Positions 26,955 through 42,237 of a DNA stretch of 64,000 nt are shown here, one piece after another. Under the pieces are notes generated by a model. The model ran no database searches, was not told the DNA's origin, and was given only the letters and a program-made list of their open reading frames with translations. Each line of letters begins with the position of its first letter. Within the stretch, counting starts at the first letter, position 1. This DNA is from Eledone cirrhosa (lineage: Eukaryota). The DNA lies in contig OZ024750.1 of the NCBI GenBank assembly GCA_964016885.1, positions 24,676,001-24,740,000 on the forward strand. The letters run 5' to 3'. Both the position numbers and the translations under genes were made by a program.

Positions 26955-27925
26955 AAGATGAAGTATGGTAGGAGAGAATAGTAGTAAATGGGGGGGGGGG
27001 GCACCTAAATATATAGGTAGGGGGGGGTTAGATGAAGTATGGTCGGAGAGAATAGTGGTGTATGGGGGGAGACCTAAATATATAGGTAGGGGGGGGGGGT
27101 AGATGAAGTATGGTTAGAGAGAATAGTGTATGGGGGGGCGAGACCTAAATATATAGGTGGGGGGGGGGGGGGGGTAGATGAAGTATGGTCGGAGAGAATA
27201 GTGGTGTATAGGGGGGGGGGTAGACCTAAATATATAGGTAGGGGGATTAGATGAAGTATGGTAGGAGAGAATAGTAGTAAATGGGGGGGACACCTAAATA
27301 TATAGGTAGGGGGGTTAGATGAAGTATGGTCGGAGAGAATAGTGGTGTATGGGGGGAGACCTAAATATATAGGTAGGGGGGGGTAGATGAAGTATGGTTA
27401 GAGAGAATAGTGTATGGGGGGGCGAGACCTAAATATATAGGTAGGGGGGGGGGGTTAGATGAAGTATGGTCGGAGAGAATAGTGGTGTAGGGGAGGGGGG
27501 TAGACCTAAATATATAGGTAGGGGGATTAGATGAAGTATGGTCGGAGAGAATAGTGGTGTATGGGGGGGCGAGGCCTAAATATATAGGTAGGGGGGACTT
27601 TAGATGAAGTATGGTCGGAGAGAATAGTGGTGTATGAGGGGGGGGGGGGCGAGACCTATCTATATAGGTAGGGGTGGGAGGCTTTAGATGAAGTATGGTC
27701 GGAGAGAATAGTGGTGTAGAGGGGGGGCGAGACCTAAATATATAGGTAGGGTGGGAGGCTTTAGATGAAGTATGGTCGGAGAGAATAGTGGTGTAGGGGA
27801 GGGGGCGAAACCTAAATATACAGGTAGGGATGGGAGGCCTTAGATGAAGTATGGTCGGAGAGAATAGTGGTTCGAATTATAAAAGAAATATGGTTGTATG
27901 GGGGCGGAGAGACCTAAATATATTG
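26955..27925 (+). repeat. G-rich ~60-bp minisatellite with variable poly-G
   Basis: TAGATGAAGTATGGTCGGAGAGAATAGTGGTGTAT(G)nAGACCTAAATATATAGGTA(G)n, ~15 units. Confidence 0.95.
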
Positions 27926-28882
27926 TTAGGGAGGGGGTTGATATAGCGAGATTTATGTCAGTGAAGAAGCCAAGTTTTTTTAGTATGTGGGGTAGTTGGG
28001 TAGGGAATCCTTTGACTGACTGGCTGATGGTATTTTCTTCAGAGAACCAAAACACTGGTATCGATCTTCTGTAAAATAAATACTGTGCAAGAGGAAATTG
28101 ATCGAATATTCCAGAAAAACAATCGTTCTATCTGCGCATCATGTGTATGTGTATACATTTATATATATAAGCTCTCTCTCTTTCTCTCTTTCTCTCTCTC
28201 TCTCTCTCTTTCTCTCTCCTTCTCCTCTCTCTCTTTCTCTCTCTCTCTCTTCCTCTCCCCCTCTCTCTCTTTCTCCTTTCTTTCTCTCTCTTTCTCTCTC
28301 CTTCTCCTCTCTCTCTTTCTCTCTCTCTCTCTCTTCCTCTCCCCCTCTCTCTCTTTCTCCTTTCTTTCTCTCTCTTTCTCTCCTTCTCCCCTCCTCCCTC
28401 ACCCCCTCATCTCTCTCACTCTTTCTCTTTCTCTTTCTTACTCTCTCTCCCTCACCCCCACCCCACCCTCTCTCTCCCCCACCCCACCCCCACCGCCTCT
28501 CTCTCTTTCTCTTTCTCTTTCTCTCTCTCTCCCTCATTCACCCCCCCCACCGCCCCCCGCTCTCCATCTCTCTTTCTCTTTCTCTCTCTCCCTCCCTCAT
28601 TCACCCCCGCACCCCGCCTCTTCCCAACACCCTCTCTGGCATAGAGAATTATATGAATATATATATATATGTGTGTATGTATGTGCAACACATATTTCTG
28701 TAGATATATTGTTTGTGTGTTTATGTTAGAAGAAAGCCTATGTAAACCTGTCTATTCTAGTTGAATATTTCAGCCTGTCTATCTGTGAGAATACGAGTAC
28801 AGTCGTAAGGACAGCACTTACACACACTCATACATGCATGCAACTATTGTTTATGTATGAATGTGTATTTAAGTATGTGTGT

Positions 28883-28968
<86 letters not shown>

Positions 28969-29187
28969 GGGTTATTTACTTGCTGTGGTATTGCATGGTG
29001 AGTATTTTTTTTATTTTTTTATTTAGGTGGTGGTTGCCATGGGTATGATGTAGATTTGAAATGCTTAAGTGTTTTAAACTTTATATATATATGTGTGTGT
29101 GTGTATGTGTGTGTATGTGTGTATGTGTGTGTGTGTGTATGTATATATGTGTGTGTATATATACGTATATATGTCTGTGTGTATACG

Positions 29188-29220
<33 letters not shown>

Positions 29221-29317
29221 GTATATATATATATATGTATGTATGTATGTCCAGAGCGTGAAATTAATAAACATTCGTTGTACTGCCTCTCTGTTTTGTC
29301 CTTGTTCAAATTTTTCC

Positions 29318-29354
<37 letters not shown>

Positions 29355-29389
29355 ATATATATGTATGTATGTATGTATATATATATATG

Positions 29390-29438
<49 letters not shown>

Positions 29439-29634
29439 TACTCGTATATATATATATATAAGCAAAAGGGATATCCAATTTGTTGGTAATTCAACAAACA
29501 TAAATGTTTATAACTGATTCAGAGCACTCGACAAGTTTTCTGGAGTATAATATTCAATGATATTAAATAAATGGAAACTATAACCGTTAAGATATCTTTT
29601 CTTGGTTATGTCAAAATTTATAAAACAAACTTTG

Positions 29635-29695
29635 TATTTTATCTGATGAAAGCGTACCAAAGTTTTGGTACCCTTGAAATATATATAATAGAATA
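29635..29695 (+). ncRNA. Type I hammerhead ribozyme (family C) within an inverted PLE remnant (~29490-29740)
   Basis: UAUUUUAU CUGAUGA AAG-C-GUACCAAA-GU-UUUGGUAC-C-CUU GAAA UAUAUAUA AUAGAAUA. Confidence 0.8.
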
Positions 29696-29737
29696 AATAT
29701 GGTTTTATAAATATAGTTTCCATTTATTTAATATCAT

Positions 29738-29873
<136 letters not shown>

Positions 29874-30179
29874 AAGTAGTGTCTATATATATCTCTTTAA
29901 GTGAACATGTGTCAGTATTTCAATGTTTGTATTTCTGAATTAATTCTCTTCATCGATTTATCAATTTCTATCTGATTGAATCTCTATACAAAATCTTCAG
30001 ATATCTATTTTTAGACACGCTTTTTCTTAAATATCTACGTCTATGACTTTAGCTTTATTTACTATATGTCTCAAAGGGATGTAATTATAACACAGATTTC
30101 ACACAGGCCGACGAAGGAGCTAAGTGCTGTTTCAGACAACTAGAAATAATAGCGCAATCAAATCTTACCATTTTAAAAT

Positions 30180-30540
30180 ATGTATCCTCCGCGTTATGAC
30201 TGGTAAGCGGCTCAGCGACCGTATCTGTATCAGTGAGCTGCTCAACATTACCAAATTTAGACCAATTACATCAATTGTCAAGTCAAGAGTACTCAAACTA
30301 TACGGCCATATAAAAAGATCAATTCGTGATGTGAGTAGGTTATGCCTGGAAGGAAGGTTGGCTGGTAAGGGAAGCAGAGGCCGGCAGCCAAAACGATGGC
30401 TTGACAATGTCAACTTATGGACTGGACTTGATTTTTGCTTTTTGAACTCTGCTGCTGGTGATCGAACTTTGTTAATGCGCATTTGCAACTGGTGGAGTTT
30501 AGCGTTACAAGAAGAATCCTCGGCGTTCGAGATTCTCTAA
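30180..30540 (+). mobile_element. RTE-clade LINE 3' fragment
   Basis: RVLKLYGHIKR...EGRLAGKGSRGRQPKRWLDNV...AAGDR matches the typical RTE C-terminus (RLxWxGHVxR...GxRxRGRPxxRWxD). Confidence 0.75.
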
Positions 30541-31244
30541 TCATGATTGTTGATTTGATTTTATCGAGGAAAAGTAAAGAAGAGGGTATATATATATATA
30601 TATATATGACAGAAAGTAAAGAAGAGGGTATATATATATATATATATGACAGAAATGTAACTGAAAAAATGAGACAGAACCGTCTATGGGGAATTGAGCC
30701 ACGCAGAGGCCTAACTAGGATATGGCAAGCATGGCTCTTGCCGTGGGTGACACTTGAGGCGGGACGCCACTTGAACTAGAAGCACTTTCTATTCCAGTCA
30801 GATCAGCTATCGTCGGAGAGTGAGATATATGACCTGTCTTTGATTATCATAGGTGCGAAGCACTATGGTGGCTGGTTCACTAAACTATTTATATGAATTA
30901 TAAGGTTCATAGTTAAAAATACAGTGCTGGGCAGGGGACGCAATTTCACTGCTTGCCATAGGCGCTATTTTCCCTAGGTATGCCTCTGGAACCACGCATC
31001 AGCTACACGTGTGTGTGTGTGAGTCCATGTCGAGATATTAATCAGAGTGATGCCAGTCCTACCCAAAATTGCCAGATTGTGCTTCTTTCCGATATTGCAT
31101 CTTGCTATGCTATTAATTTGGTCTACATGCAACTGAAAAATTTGTATTTTCAAATATTAGAAGCCTATTGTTATCCTATTGAATTATCAAAAGGTTAATT
31201 AGAACTTATCTAAACGTCATATATATGTGTAATTATGATATAAC

Positions 31245-31712
31245 TATAATCTGTCTATAATATGTCTATATGTCTATAATATGTCTATAATATGTCTTTA
31301 ATATGTCTATATGTCTTTAATATGTCTATATGTCTTCAATATATCTTTAATCTGTCTTTAATATGTGTTCAATGTGTCTTTAATAAGTCTTTAATAAGTC
31401 TATAATATGTCTTTAATATGTCTATAATATGTCTTTAATATGTCTATAATCGATCTTTAATATGTCGTTAATCTGTTTATAATATGTCTATAATATATCT
31501 GTAATATCTATGTAATCTATCTTTAATCTTTCTTTAATCTGTCTATAATATATCTATAATATGTCTAATCTGTCTGTAATCTTTCCTTAATCTGCCTATA
31601 ATTTTTCTTTAATCTGCCTGTAATCTATCTGTAATCTAGCTGTAATCTAGCTGTAATCTAGCTGTAATCTAGCTGTAATATGTCTTTAATCTAGCTGTAA
31701 TATGTCTTTAAT
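31245..31712. repeat. Degenerate 10-12-bp tandem repeat (TAATATGTCTW / TAATCTAGCTG)
   Basis: Directly visible. Confidence 0.85.
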
Positions 31713-32029
31713 CACTATCAAACATATATCCGTACATGACGTATTCTAAAAAAAAATGTTATCTTCTACTATGTTGGTTACAGAAAATATGAAGAAATTC
31801 TTATCAATTTTCTGATGAAGAACATTCAGTTTTGATACTGAGAGTAATGAAAAAACATAAAACAATATTTCGATGTTTTTAGAGACGATGGGATATGATT
31901 AGAATAAGAGATTACTAAATTGTATTGTACTTTCTCTGTTACACAGCTATCATTGACCATCGATCTCGCTTAAAGTTTTTTCTTAGTCATTTCGATTCAG
32001 ATTCAGATCTATATAAACATACATACATG

Positions 32030-32215
32030 TGGAGGCACTCCGTCGGTTACGACGACGAGAGTTACAGTTGATCTGATCAACGGAACAACCTGCTTCGGAA
32101 ATTAACGTGCAAGTGGCTGAGCATTCCACAGACACGGGCGCCCTTTACGTAGTTCTCAGGGAGATTCAGTATGACACAGTGTGTGACAAGGCTGGTCCTT
32201 CGAACTATAGGTACA
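32030..32215 (-). mobile_element. SINE family B, 3' portion
   Basis: Homologous to 43830-44135, 44580-44725, 48065-48350 and 49480-49750. Confidence 0.7.
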
Positions 32216-32510
32216 TACCTACATACATACACACATACATACACACACATACATACATACATACGTACATACCTACATACATACCTACATATATACATAC
32301 ATACACACATACATACACACACATACATACATACATACGTAAATACCTACATACATACCTACATATATACATACATACACACATACATACACACACATAC
32401 ATACATACATACATACATACATACATACATACATACATACATACATACATACATACATACATACATACATACGTACATACCTACATACATACCTACATAT
32501 ATACATACAT

Positions 32511-33082
32511 GGTGGCTGTCAACTCGTTTTCGAGTACGGCCACTACTTTATATCCATGTAGGAGAACCCCTACCAATGCGCTGAACAAGTGTGACTTTTT
32601 AGTCCAGCCAGCGACTTGAAAACTCTGGTACAAACACTACACTTGTGACAATTATTGACACATAGTGCTGGGCCCATGGTACCATGTGACGACAAGTGCA
32701 GAGAGATCTCCAGATATAAAGCAATGCCTGTGCTGTGAAGCTTTTATAGTGAGCAAAGGCACTGCACAAAGCCAGTCCCACTCTCTTAACCAAGATGATA
32801 TTTACCAAAAAGAAGAACAATTCAACATCATTGGATACCATCAGGGTTGCAGGTGTTATATAAGAGCCTTCCTTCTCCTAGAATTCTGCCTTGACAAAGG
32901 CTAAGGGGTCATCTCTCCCGGTGATTTTGGATGGCTATTGACTCTTAAGAGCCCCTTTGCCTTTTGACAGGTTTTGTTTTTAGTCCTGCAGGATGTCCAA
33001 AGGCACCCTCCTCACCAAGAAACCTTGGTGGGGTTGCTAGTTTAGTCGCCAACGACCCGACCATGAGACAGGTTGTACTGGG
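32511..33082 (-). mobile_element. Non-coding retro-like repeat (possibly RTE-derived), longest copy
   Basis: Shared 3' end with (ATGT)n tail; GGAGAAGGAA(AA/GG)CTCT segment recalls RTE 5' UTRs (from memory, unverified). Confidence 0.65.
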
Positions 33083-33517
33083 ATACATATATACATACAT
33101 ACACACATACATACACACATAAAATATCATAGTTAATATGAAGTATTGTGAGATATGTAATAAATGACTAAGTTTCAGCAGGCCAGTACAATGGAGTAGA
33201 AATAAATAGAGGGTAAAGGATGACAAATAAGCAAAACAAAGTTGTTGTTTGTCCCAGTATATTGCTATCGTATTGTACTGGCTCTTTGAAACTTATCCGT
33301 CTATCTATCTATTTATCTTTTCCTGAGTCCTGTATTTTCGTTGCTCTGGTGATGCGGCTGGACTGCCGATTGCTATATTTGATTTGCTAAGCTGTCTAAA
33401 CGTATTGTTATTACTCTGGGGTACTTTTCCCCATCCGAGTGCTAAAGCTACAGACCGAATTTGCATTCATTAACTTGGCCGCGAACTAAAGCTTCGTTAA
33501 TGCTGTACTAAAATTTG

Positions 33518-33588
<71 letters not shown>

Positions 33589-33629
33589 GATATTAAATAA
33601 ATGGAAACTATATTTATAAAACCATATTT

Positions 33630-33694
33630 ATTTCGTTATATATATTTCAGGGATATCATATTAACAATATGTTATGCCTTCTTCAGACAAAATA
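33630..33694 (-). ncRNA. Type I hammerhead ribozyme (family C), inverted copy
   Basis: UAUUUUGU CUGAAGA AGG...CCU GAAA UAUAUAUA ACGAAAUA. Confidence 0.8.
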
Positions 33695-33834
33695 CAATAT
33701 AAACAGTCTTATAAATAAATAGATACGACATACCTTTCAATCACCTTGCATTTGGGAGGTTGATTTGGGAGGTTGATTTGCAAGGTGATTGAAAGGTATG
33801 TCGTATCTATTTATTTATAAGACTGTTTATATTG

Positions 33835-33900
33835 TATTTTGTCTGAAGAAGGCATAACATATTGTTAATATGATATCCCTGAAATATATATAATGAAATA
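33835..33900 (+). ncRNA. Type I hammerhead ribozyme (family C)
   Basis: CUGAAGA at 33843-33849, GAAA at 33881-33884, UAUAUAUA, stem I UAUUUUGU/AUGAAAUA. Confidence 0.8.
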
Positions 33901-34052
33901 AATATGGTTTTATAAATATAGTTTCCATTTATTTAATATCATAAATATACTCCAAATACTTGTTGAGTGCTTTTATATCAGTTATAAATATTTACTCGTT
34001 GTTAACCCAACAATTTAAATATAACTTTCCATGTATATATATATATATATAT

Positions 34053-34236
34053 AGGAAAAGAGTCAGGACCCCGACGGCTGAGCTCCGGCCGTTTCGACAG
34101 CTAGGTTCGGATCTAGCTGTCGAAACGGCCGGAGCTCAGCCGTCGGGGTCCTGACTCTTTTCCTATTACCCACTCTACTACCCTAAGTATTGAGTACTCT
34201 GGCGCATTATGGTCCACATGGTTTTTTACCACACTT

Positions 34237-34240
<4 letters not shown>
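34053..34240. mobile_element. PLE family A mini-insertion, divergent subfamily
   Basis: Both arms carry the same variants (GGCCGGAGCTCAGCC, TAGCTGTC). Confidence 0.85.
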
Positions 34241-34288
<48 letters not shown>

Positions 34289-34290
<2 letters not shown>

Positions 34291-34487
34291 CGAAGGAAAT
34301 GTGGTAAGGAACCAGGTGGACCATAACGCACCAAAGTACTCAATACTTAGGGTAGTAGAGTGGGTAATAGGAACGAGTAGGACCCCGACGGCTGAGCTCA
34401 AGCCGTTTCGACGGCTAATTCTGGACTAGTCCAGAATTAGCCGTCGAAACGGTTTGAGCTCAGCCGTCGGGGTCCTACTCGTTCCTA
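34289..34487. mobile_element. PLE family A mini-insertion (long arm -, short arm +)
   Basis: Centre GGACTAGTCC at ~34423-34432. Confidence 0.85.
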
Positions 34488-34662
34488 TATATATATATAT
34501 CGAACTTTTAGCTGTTGTACAGCAACTACCCTTCGATTTGTTTGAGGTAATCACAAAGCACTCAGTGGATCGAAAGTTAAAAACATTAGGTTCAGAGTAT
34601 ACACAACAGTTACAAAGTGTGACACCAAGAAAACCGACTGAAGGCACTGGTTATATATATAA

Positions 34663-34811
34663 CTGTTTCTACTTTTGGCACAAGGCCAGCGATTATATCA
34701 GTGTATTACTGGTACTTTATTTTATCGACCCCGTAGGGATGAAAGGCAAAGTTGACCTCGGCGTGATTTGAACTCAGACCATAAAGGGCCGTAACTCTAT
34801 GCATCAAAGCA
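34663..34811 (-). mobile_element. SINE family A, 5'-truncated
   Basis: Homology to other copies. Confidence 0.8.
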
Positions 34812-35214
34812 TATAATATCAAAATCTCATAGATAGATTCAAAATTATATGTGATAATTATGTGAAATAAAGCCTTTATCGTGAAAATACAATAGTACAT
34901 ATAGAGTAATGTAAATGCTAAAGGGTTAAAGAGCCAATATTTAAAACATGATTCAGGAATCATCTTACTCGGTCACGTGTCAACAGTCATCTGAGTATGT
35001 ATGCAGTTGAACACCCATATACACACACATTAACTGGAACACAACAATTATACACACACACACACGTGTACACACATATATTAGGTTGTAACATACATTC
35101 CCGCCGATTTGTGACAACAAACAAATTATAACAACGGCGGGAATTTATGTTACAACCCAAAATATATATATAGAACAGGTAAAAGAAGAGAATATCTCTC
35201 TCTCTCTCTCTCAC

Positions 35215-36752
<1,538 letters not shown>

Positions 36753-37469
36753 TTAAAATAACAGATTAAAGTTTAAGCAAAGAATCGCTGCTTTCACCCT
36801 TTAGATTTTAGTCTTCAAATTTATTATTATTACTATATATATATATGTGTGTGTTGTGTGTGTGTGTGTGTGTGTGCATGTGTGTCTGTATATATAAATG
36901 TATGTATGTATATATGTTTGTATGTATATATGTCTGTATGTATATATGTATGTATATATAAATGTATGTATATATGTATATATATTTATGTATGCATATT
37001 TCTTGCAGGAATATTTTTTTCTGTCCTACATTTCAATGTCTAAACAAGCACCATCTCTCCTCCCATATTCCCATAGCAAGCACTAATAATAGACTCGTCC
37101 CTTAGTTTTCTACCCCTACCATACTCCCATAGGTAGCACTAATAATAGACCCGTCTCTTTCTCTTCCACCCCCACCCCCACCCCCACTATACTCCCACAA
37201 CAAATAGTAATGATAGACCCGTCTTTTCCTTTTCTACTTCCACATTCCACTATCTCACCATAACAAGCAATAATAATAGACCCGTCCTTTAGTTTTCCAT
37301 GCCCTCCCTCCACTATGCTCCTATAACAAGTAGTAATGATAGACCCGTCCTTTACGTGTTCTCTACCCCCCCTCCACCCGTAGGCACAACATACAGATAT
37401 AAAATCAATAATTCCTTATTATTCTTACATCTCAAGATACAAAGTTGTTTTTATTGGAGGGATGGAGGT

Positions 37470-38185
37470 GGGGTTTGATTTGATTGAGATGTACCTTGTT
37501 ATATTACTGATACAGGAAGATGGGTGGAGGGGGGTAGGTTTGAGACGTACCTTGTAATATTACTGGTATAGGAAGATGGAAGGGGATAGATTTGAGACGT
37601 ACCTTGTAATATTACTGGTATAGGAAGATGGAAGGGGATAGATTTGAGACGTACCTTGTAATATTACTGGTATAGTAAGATAGGGTAGATATTTGAAACG
37701 TACCTTGTAATATTTCTGGTACAGGAAGTTAGAAATGGGGTTAGATTTAATTGAGATGTACCTTGTAATATTACTGGTACAGGAAGATGGAGGGGGATAG
37801 ATTTGAGACGTACCTTGTAATATTACAGGTATAGGATGATGGAAGGAAGATAGACTTATTGACACGTACCTTGTAATATTACTGGTATAGGAAGATGGAA
37901 GAAGGGATAGATTTAATTGAGACGTACCATGTAATATTACTGGTATAGGAAGATGGGAGATAGATTTAATAGAGATGTACCTTGTAATGTTACTGGTATA
38001 GGAAGATGGAAGTGGGGTTAGATTTGAGACGTACCTTGTAATATTACTGGTACAGGAAGATGGAAATGGGGTTAGATTTAATTGAGATGTACCTTGTAAT
38101 ATTACTGGTACAGAAAGATAGAAGTGGGGATAGATTTAATCGAGACGTACCTTGTTATATTACTGGTACTGGAAGATGGAAGACA
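37470..38185 (+). repeat. ~50-58-bp minisatellite
   Basis: GAGACGTACCTTGTAATATTACTGGTATAGGAAGATGGA... about 13 units. Confidence 0.9.
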
Positions 38186-38556
38186 AAAAATACAACTGCA
38201 GAGAGAGGGGTAGTGACAGAGAAAGAGAGAAGAAAGTGAGAGAGAAAGGTATAGGAGAAAGAGAGAGAGAGAGAAAGAGAGGAGAAAGAGAGAGAGAAAG
38301 ATGTAGGTGAAGGTAAGAGAGAGAGAGTAAGAGGGTGGTGAGAGAGAGAGGAGAAAGTGAGAAAGAGTAAGAGGTAGGGAGAGAGAAAGAGAGACTAAAG
38401 TGAGAGAGACAGATGTAGGATAAGGTAAGAGAGAGTAAGAGGTAGTGAGAGAGAGAGAGAGAGAGAGAGGAGAAAGAGTAAGAGGTAGGAGAGAGAAAGA
38501 GAGACTAAAGTGAGAGAGACAGATGTAGGAGAAGGTAAGAGAGAGTAAGAGGTAGT

Positions 38557-38587
<31 letters not shown>

Positions 38588-39209
38588 AAGAGTAAGAGGT
38601 AGGAGAGAGAAAGAGAGACTAAAGTGAGAGAGACAGATGTAGGAGAAGGTAAGAGAGAGTAAGAGGTAGTGACAGAGAAAGTGAGAAAGAGAGAGTCTTT
38701 GTGAGAGTGTCAGTATTATTGGTTATTTATAAAATATAATTTATTGATGAGCTTATACGCATTTGTTCAGGACCTTAAATCATGCAACTATTACTGTCAT
38801 TGTTTGTGTGTGTGTGGGGGGGGGGGGGTATGTGTGTGTGTCTGTATGTATGAGTGTGTATGTGCGTGTGTCTATCTGTGTGTGTGTTGTGTTTGTGCGT
38901 ATGTCTATAAGAGTCTGTATGCCTGTATGTGTGTCTGTGTGTGTGTATGTATCTATATATGTCTATGTGTGTCGGTATGTGTATATGTCTGTGTATGTAT
39001 GTGTGTATGTCTGTGTATGTATGTATGTGTGGATGTGCGAGTGTGAATGTATGTATGTATGTGTGTGTGTGTATGTCTGTCAGTGTTTGTATGTCTGTAT
39101 GTAGGTATGTGTGTATGTACGTATGTATGTATTTATTTATCTATGTATGTATGTATGTATCTATGTATCTATGTATGTATGTATGTATGTATGTATGTAT
39201 GTATGTATG

Positions 39210-40037
39210 TGCAGTGCCTTTGCTCACTATAAAAGCTTCACGGCACAGGCATTGCTTCATATCTGGAGATCTCTCTGCACTTGTCGTCACATGGTACCAT
39301 GGGCCCAGCACTATGTGTCAATAATTGTCACAGGTGTAGTGTTTCTACCAGAGTTTTCAAGTCGCTGGCTGGACTAAAAAGTCACACTCGTTCAGCGCAT
39401 CGCTAGAGGTTCTCCTACATGGATATAAAGTAGTGGCCGTACTCGAAAACGAGTTGGCAGCCACCATGTATGTACGTACGTATGTATGTATCTATGTATG
39501 TACGTATCTATGTACCCCACCAAGGTTTCTTTATGAGGAGGGTGACTTTGAACATCCTGCAGGACTAAAAACAAAACCTGTCAAAGGGCAAAGGAGCTCT
39601 TAAGAGTCAATGGCCATCCAAAATCACCGGGAGAGATGACCCCCTTAGCCTTTGTCAAGGCAGAATTCTAGGAGAAGGAAAACTCTGATATAACACGTAC
39701 AGCCCTGATGGTATCCAATGATGTTGACTTGTTCTTCTTTTTGGTAAATATCATCTTGGTTAAGAGAGTGGGACTGGCTTTGTGGAGTGCCTTTGCTCAC
39801 TATAAAAGCTTCACGGTACAGGCATTGCTTTATATCTGGAGATCTCTCTGCACTTGTCGTCACATGGTACCATGGGCCCAGCACTGTGTCAATAATTGTC
39901 ACAGGTGTAGTGTTTCTACCAGAGTTTTCAAGTCGCTGGCTGGACTAAAAAGTCACACTCGTTCAGCGCATCGCTAGAGGTTCTCCTACATGGATATAAA
40001 GTAGTGGCCGTACTCGAAAACGAGTTGGCAGCCACCA
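39210..40037 (+). mobile_element. Two tandem copies of the (ATGT)n-tailed repeat (39210-39466 and 39515-40037)
   Basis: Same 3' end, different 5' truncation; embedded in (TATG)n. Confidence 0.8.
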
Positions 40038-40277
40038 TGTATGTATATATGTAGGTATGTATGTATGTACGTACGTATGTATGTATGTATGTAGGTATGA
40101 TGTATGTACGTATGTATGTATGTACGTATTTATCTATGTATGTATGTATGTATCTATGCATGTATGTACGTATGTATGTATGTATTTATGTATGTGTGTA
40201 TTATGTATGTATCTATGTATGTATGTATGTACGTATGTATGTATTTATGTATCTATGTATATATGTATATATGTATG

Positions 40278-40311
<34 letters not shown>

Positions 40312-40481
40312 TGCATGTATGTATGTATGTATGTATTTATCTATGTATGTATGTATGTATCTATGTACGTATGTATGTATGTGTGTATTTATCTATGTAT
40401 GTATGTATGTATGTATGTATGTATGTATGTACGTATGTATGTATGTACGTATGTATGTATTTATGTATCTATGTATATATG

Positions 40482-40515
<34 letters not shown>

Positions 40516-40609
40516 TGTATGTATGTATGTATGTATGTATTTATCTATGTATGTATGTATGTATCTATGTATGTACGTATGTATGTATGTGTGTATTTAT
40601 CTATGTATG

Positions 40610-40643
<34 letters not shown>

Positions 40644-41000
40644 TGTATTTATGTACGTATGTATGTATCTATGTATGTATGTATGTATCTATGTATGTAT
40701 TTATGTACGTATGTATGTATGTATGTATGTATGTATGTATGTACGTACGTACGTACGTATGTATCTATGTATGTATGTATGTATGTATGTATGTATGTAC
40801 GTATGTACGTATGTATGTATGTACGTATGTATGTATGCATGTATCTATGTACGTATGTATGTATGTACGTACGTACGTATGTATGTATGTATGTACGTAT
40901 GTACGTACGTATGTATGTACGTACGTATGTATGTATGTATGTATGTATGTATGTATGTATGTATGTATGTATGTATGTATGTATGTATGTATGTATGTGT
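40037..41000. repeat. (TATG)n compound microsatellite, ~1 kb
   Basis: Directly visible. Confidence 0.95.
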
Positions 41001-41164
41001 GTTTTCCTTAGGCGATATATATCCTTTGACAAGTTCATTGCTAAGCTATGACGTCAGTTGACGGTAGATGTCATTTTTCGCTAATATTTACATATTTCAA
41101 ATAAATTCATTTTTTCATTTGTTTTTGTTGGGGAGTGGGGTAGGTGCTAGTTTCTTTTTGTGTG

Positions 41165-41385
41165 TTGACAGAATCGGTAGAGCGTCGGACACCAATTGGT
41201 TTGCTGTATTTAGAGTAACATACATCCCTTTAGGTTTTAAATTCAAATCCCGCCGAGGCCAACTTTGTCTTTCATCCTTCCAGAGTTGATAAAATAAAGT
41301 ACCAGTCACATGCTGGGGTCGATTTAACAGGTTTTCCCCGTCCTCTATAATTGCTGGCCTTGTACCTAAATCATGAAGCATTATT
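41165..41385 (+). mobile_element. SINE family A, older diverged copy
   Basis: TTCAAATCCCGCCGAGG...TTTCATCCTT...ATAAAATAAAGTACCAG. Confidence 0.75.
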
Positions 41386-41459
41386 ATTGGTGTTGTTGTT
41401 TCCATTGACAACGACATGGTCTTCCTTGCCTAGGGTCCAGGTGCAGCTCCTAGACGTCA

Positions 41460-42237
41460 CGTGTCATGTGAAGGTGCCACAGAAATTGCTGCTTTCAGGA
41501 GACATTAGAAGGCGCCGCAGGGTTTCTGCCTTCATGAGACATGTGGATGTGCCACAATGAGGCTGCCTTCATCACACATGTGGATGTGCCGCAATGAGGC
41601 TACCTTCATGAGACATATGGATGTGCCACAATGAGGCTGCCTTCATCACACATGTGGATGTGCCGCAATGAGGCTACCTTCATGAAGCATCCGGATGTGC
41701 CACAATGAGGCTGCCTTCATGAGACATGTGGATGTGCCACAATTAGGCCGCCTTCATCACACATGTGGATGTGCCGCAATGAGGCTGCCTTCATGAGACA
41801 TATGGATGTGCCGCAATGAGGCTACCTTCATGAGACATGTGGATGTGCCACAATGATACTGCCTTCATGAGACATGTGGGTGTGCCGCAATTAGGCCGCC
41901 TTCATCACACATGTGGATGTGCCGCAATGAGGCTGCCTTCATGAGACATGTGGATATGCCGCAATGAGGCTACCTTCATGAAGCATCCGGATGTGCCACA
42001 ATGAGGCTGCCTTCATGAGACATGTGGATGTGCCGCAATGAGGCTGCCTTCATGATACATGTGAAGGGGCCACAAGTTTGCTGTCTTCACGTGACATGTA
42101 AAGGGGCCAAAATGATGTTGCCTTCATGACACATGTAAAGGCGCCGCAGTGTTTCTGCCTTCGTGAGGCAAATGAAGGGGCCACACTGATGCTGCCTCCA
42201 CGAGCATGTGAGAGTACCGCAGGGATGCTGCTTCATA
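41460..42237. repeat. 37-bp minisatellite, ~20 copies with decayed edges
   Basis: GCCTTCATGAGACATGTGGATGTGCCACAATGAGGCT; period 41528 to 41565. Confidence 0.95.

Larger units (their letters stand above)
33585..34035. mobile_element. PLE family C asymmetric inverted insertion in (TA)n
   Basis: 33585-33750 mirrors 33779-33945; the + arm has an extra ~90-nt tail. Confidence 0.85.

Noticed and set aside
28043-28144. Exon-like segment (TTCTTCAG...GTATGT)
   Set aside because: Splice-like signals are common; no recognisable protein and no phase link to other candidates.
33000-33085. HDV-like ribozyme at the 5' end of the ATGT-tailed repeat
   Set aside because: Could not assemble P1/P1.1/P2 convincingly; the copy is probably truncated.
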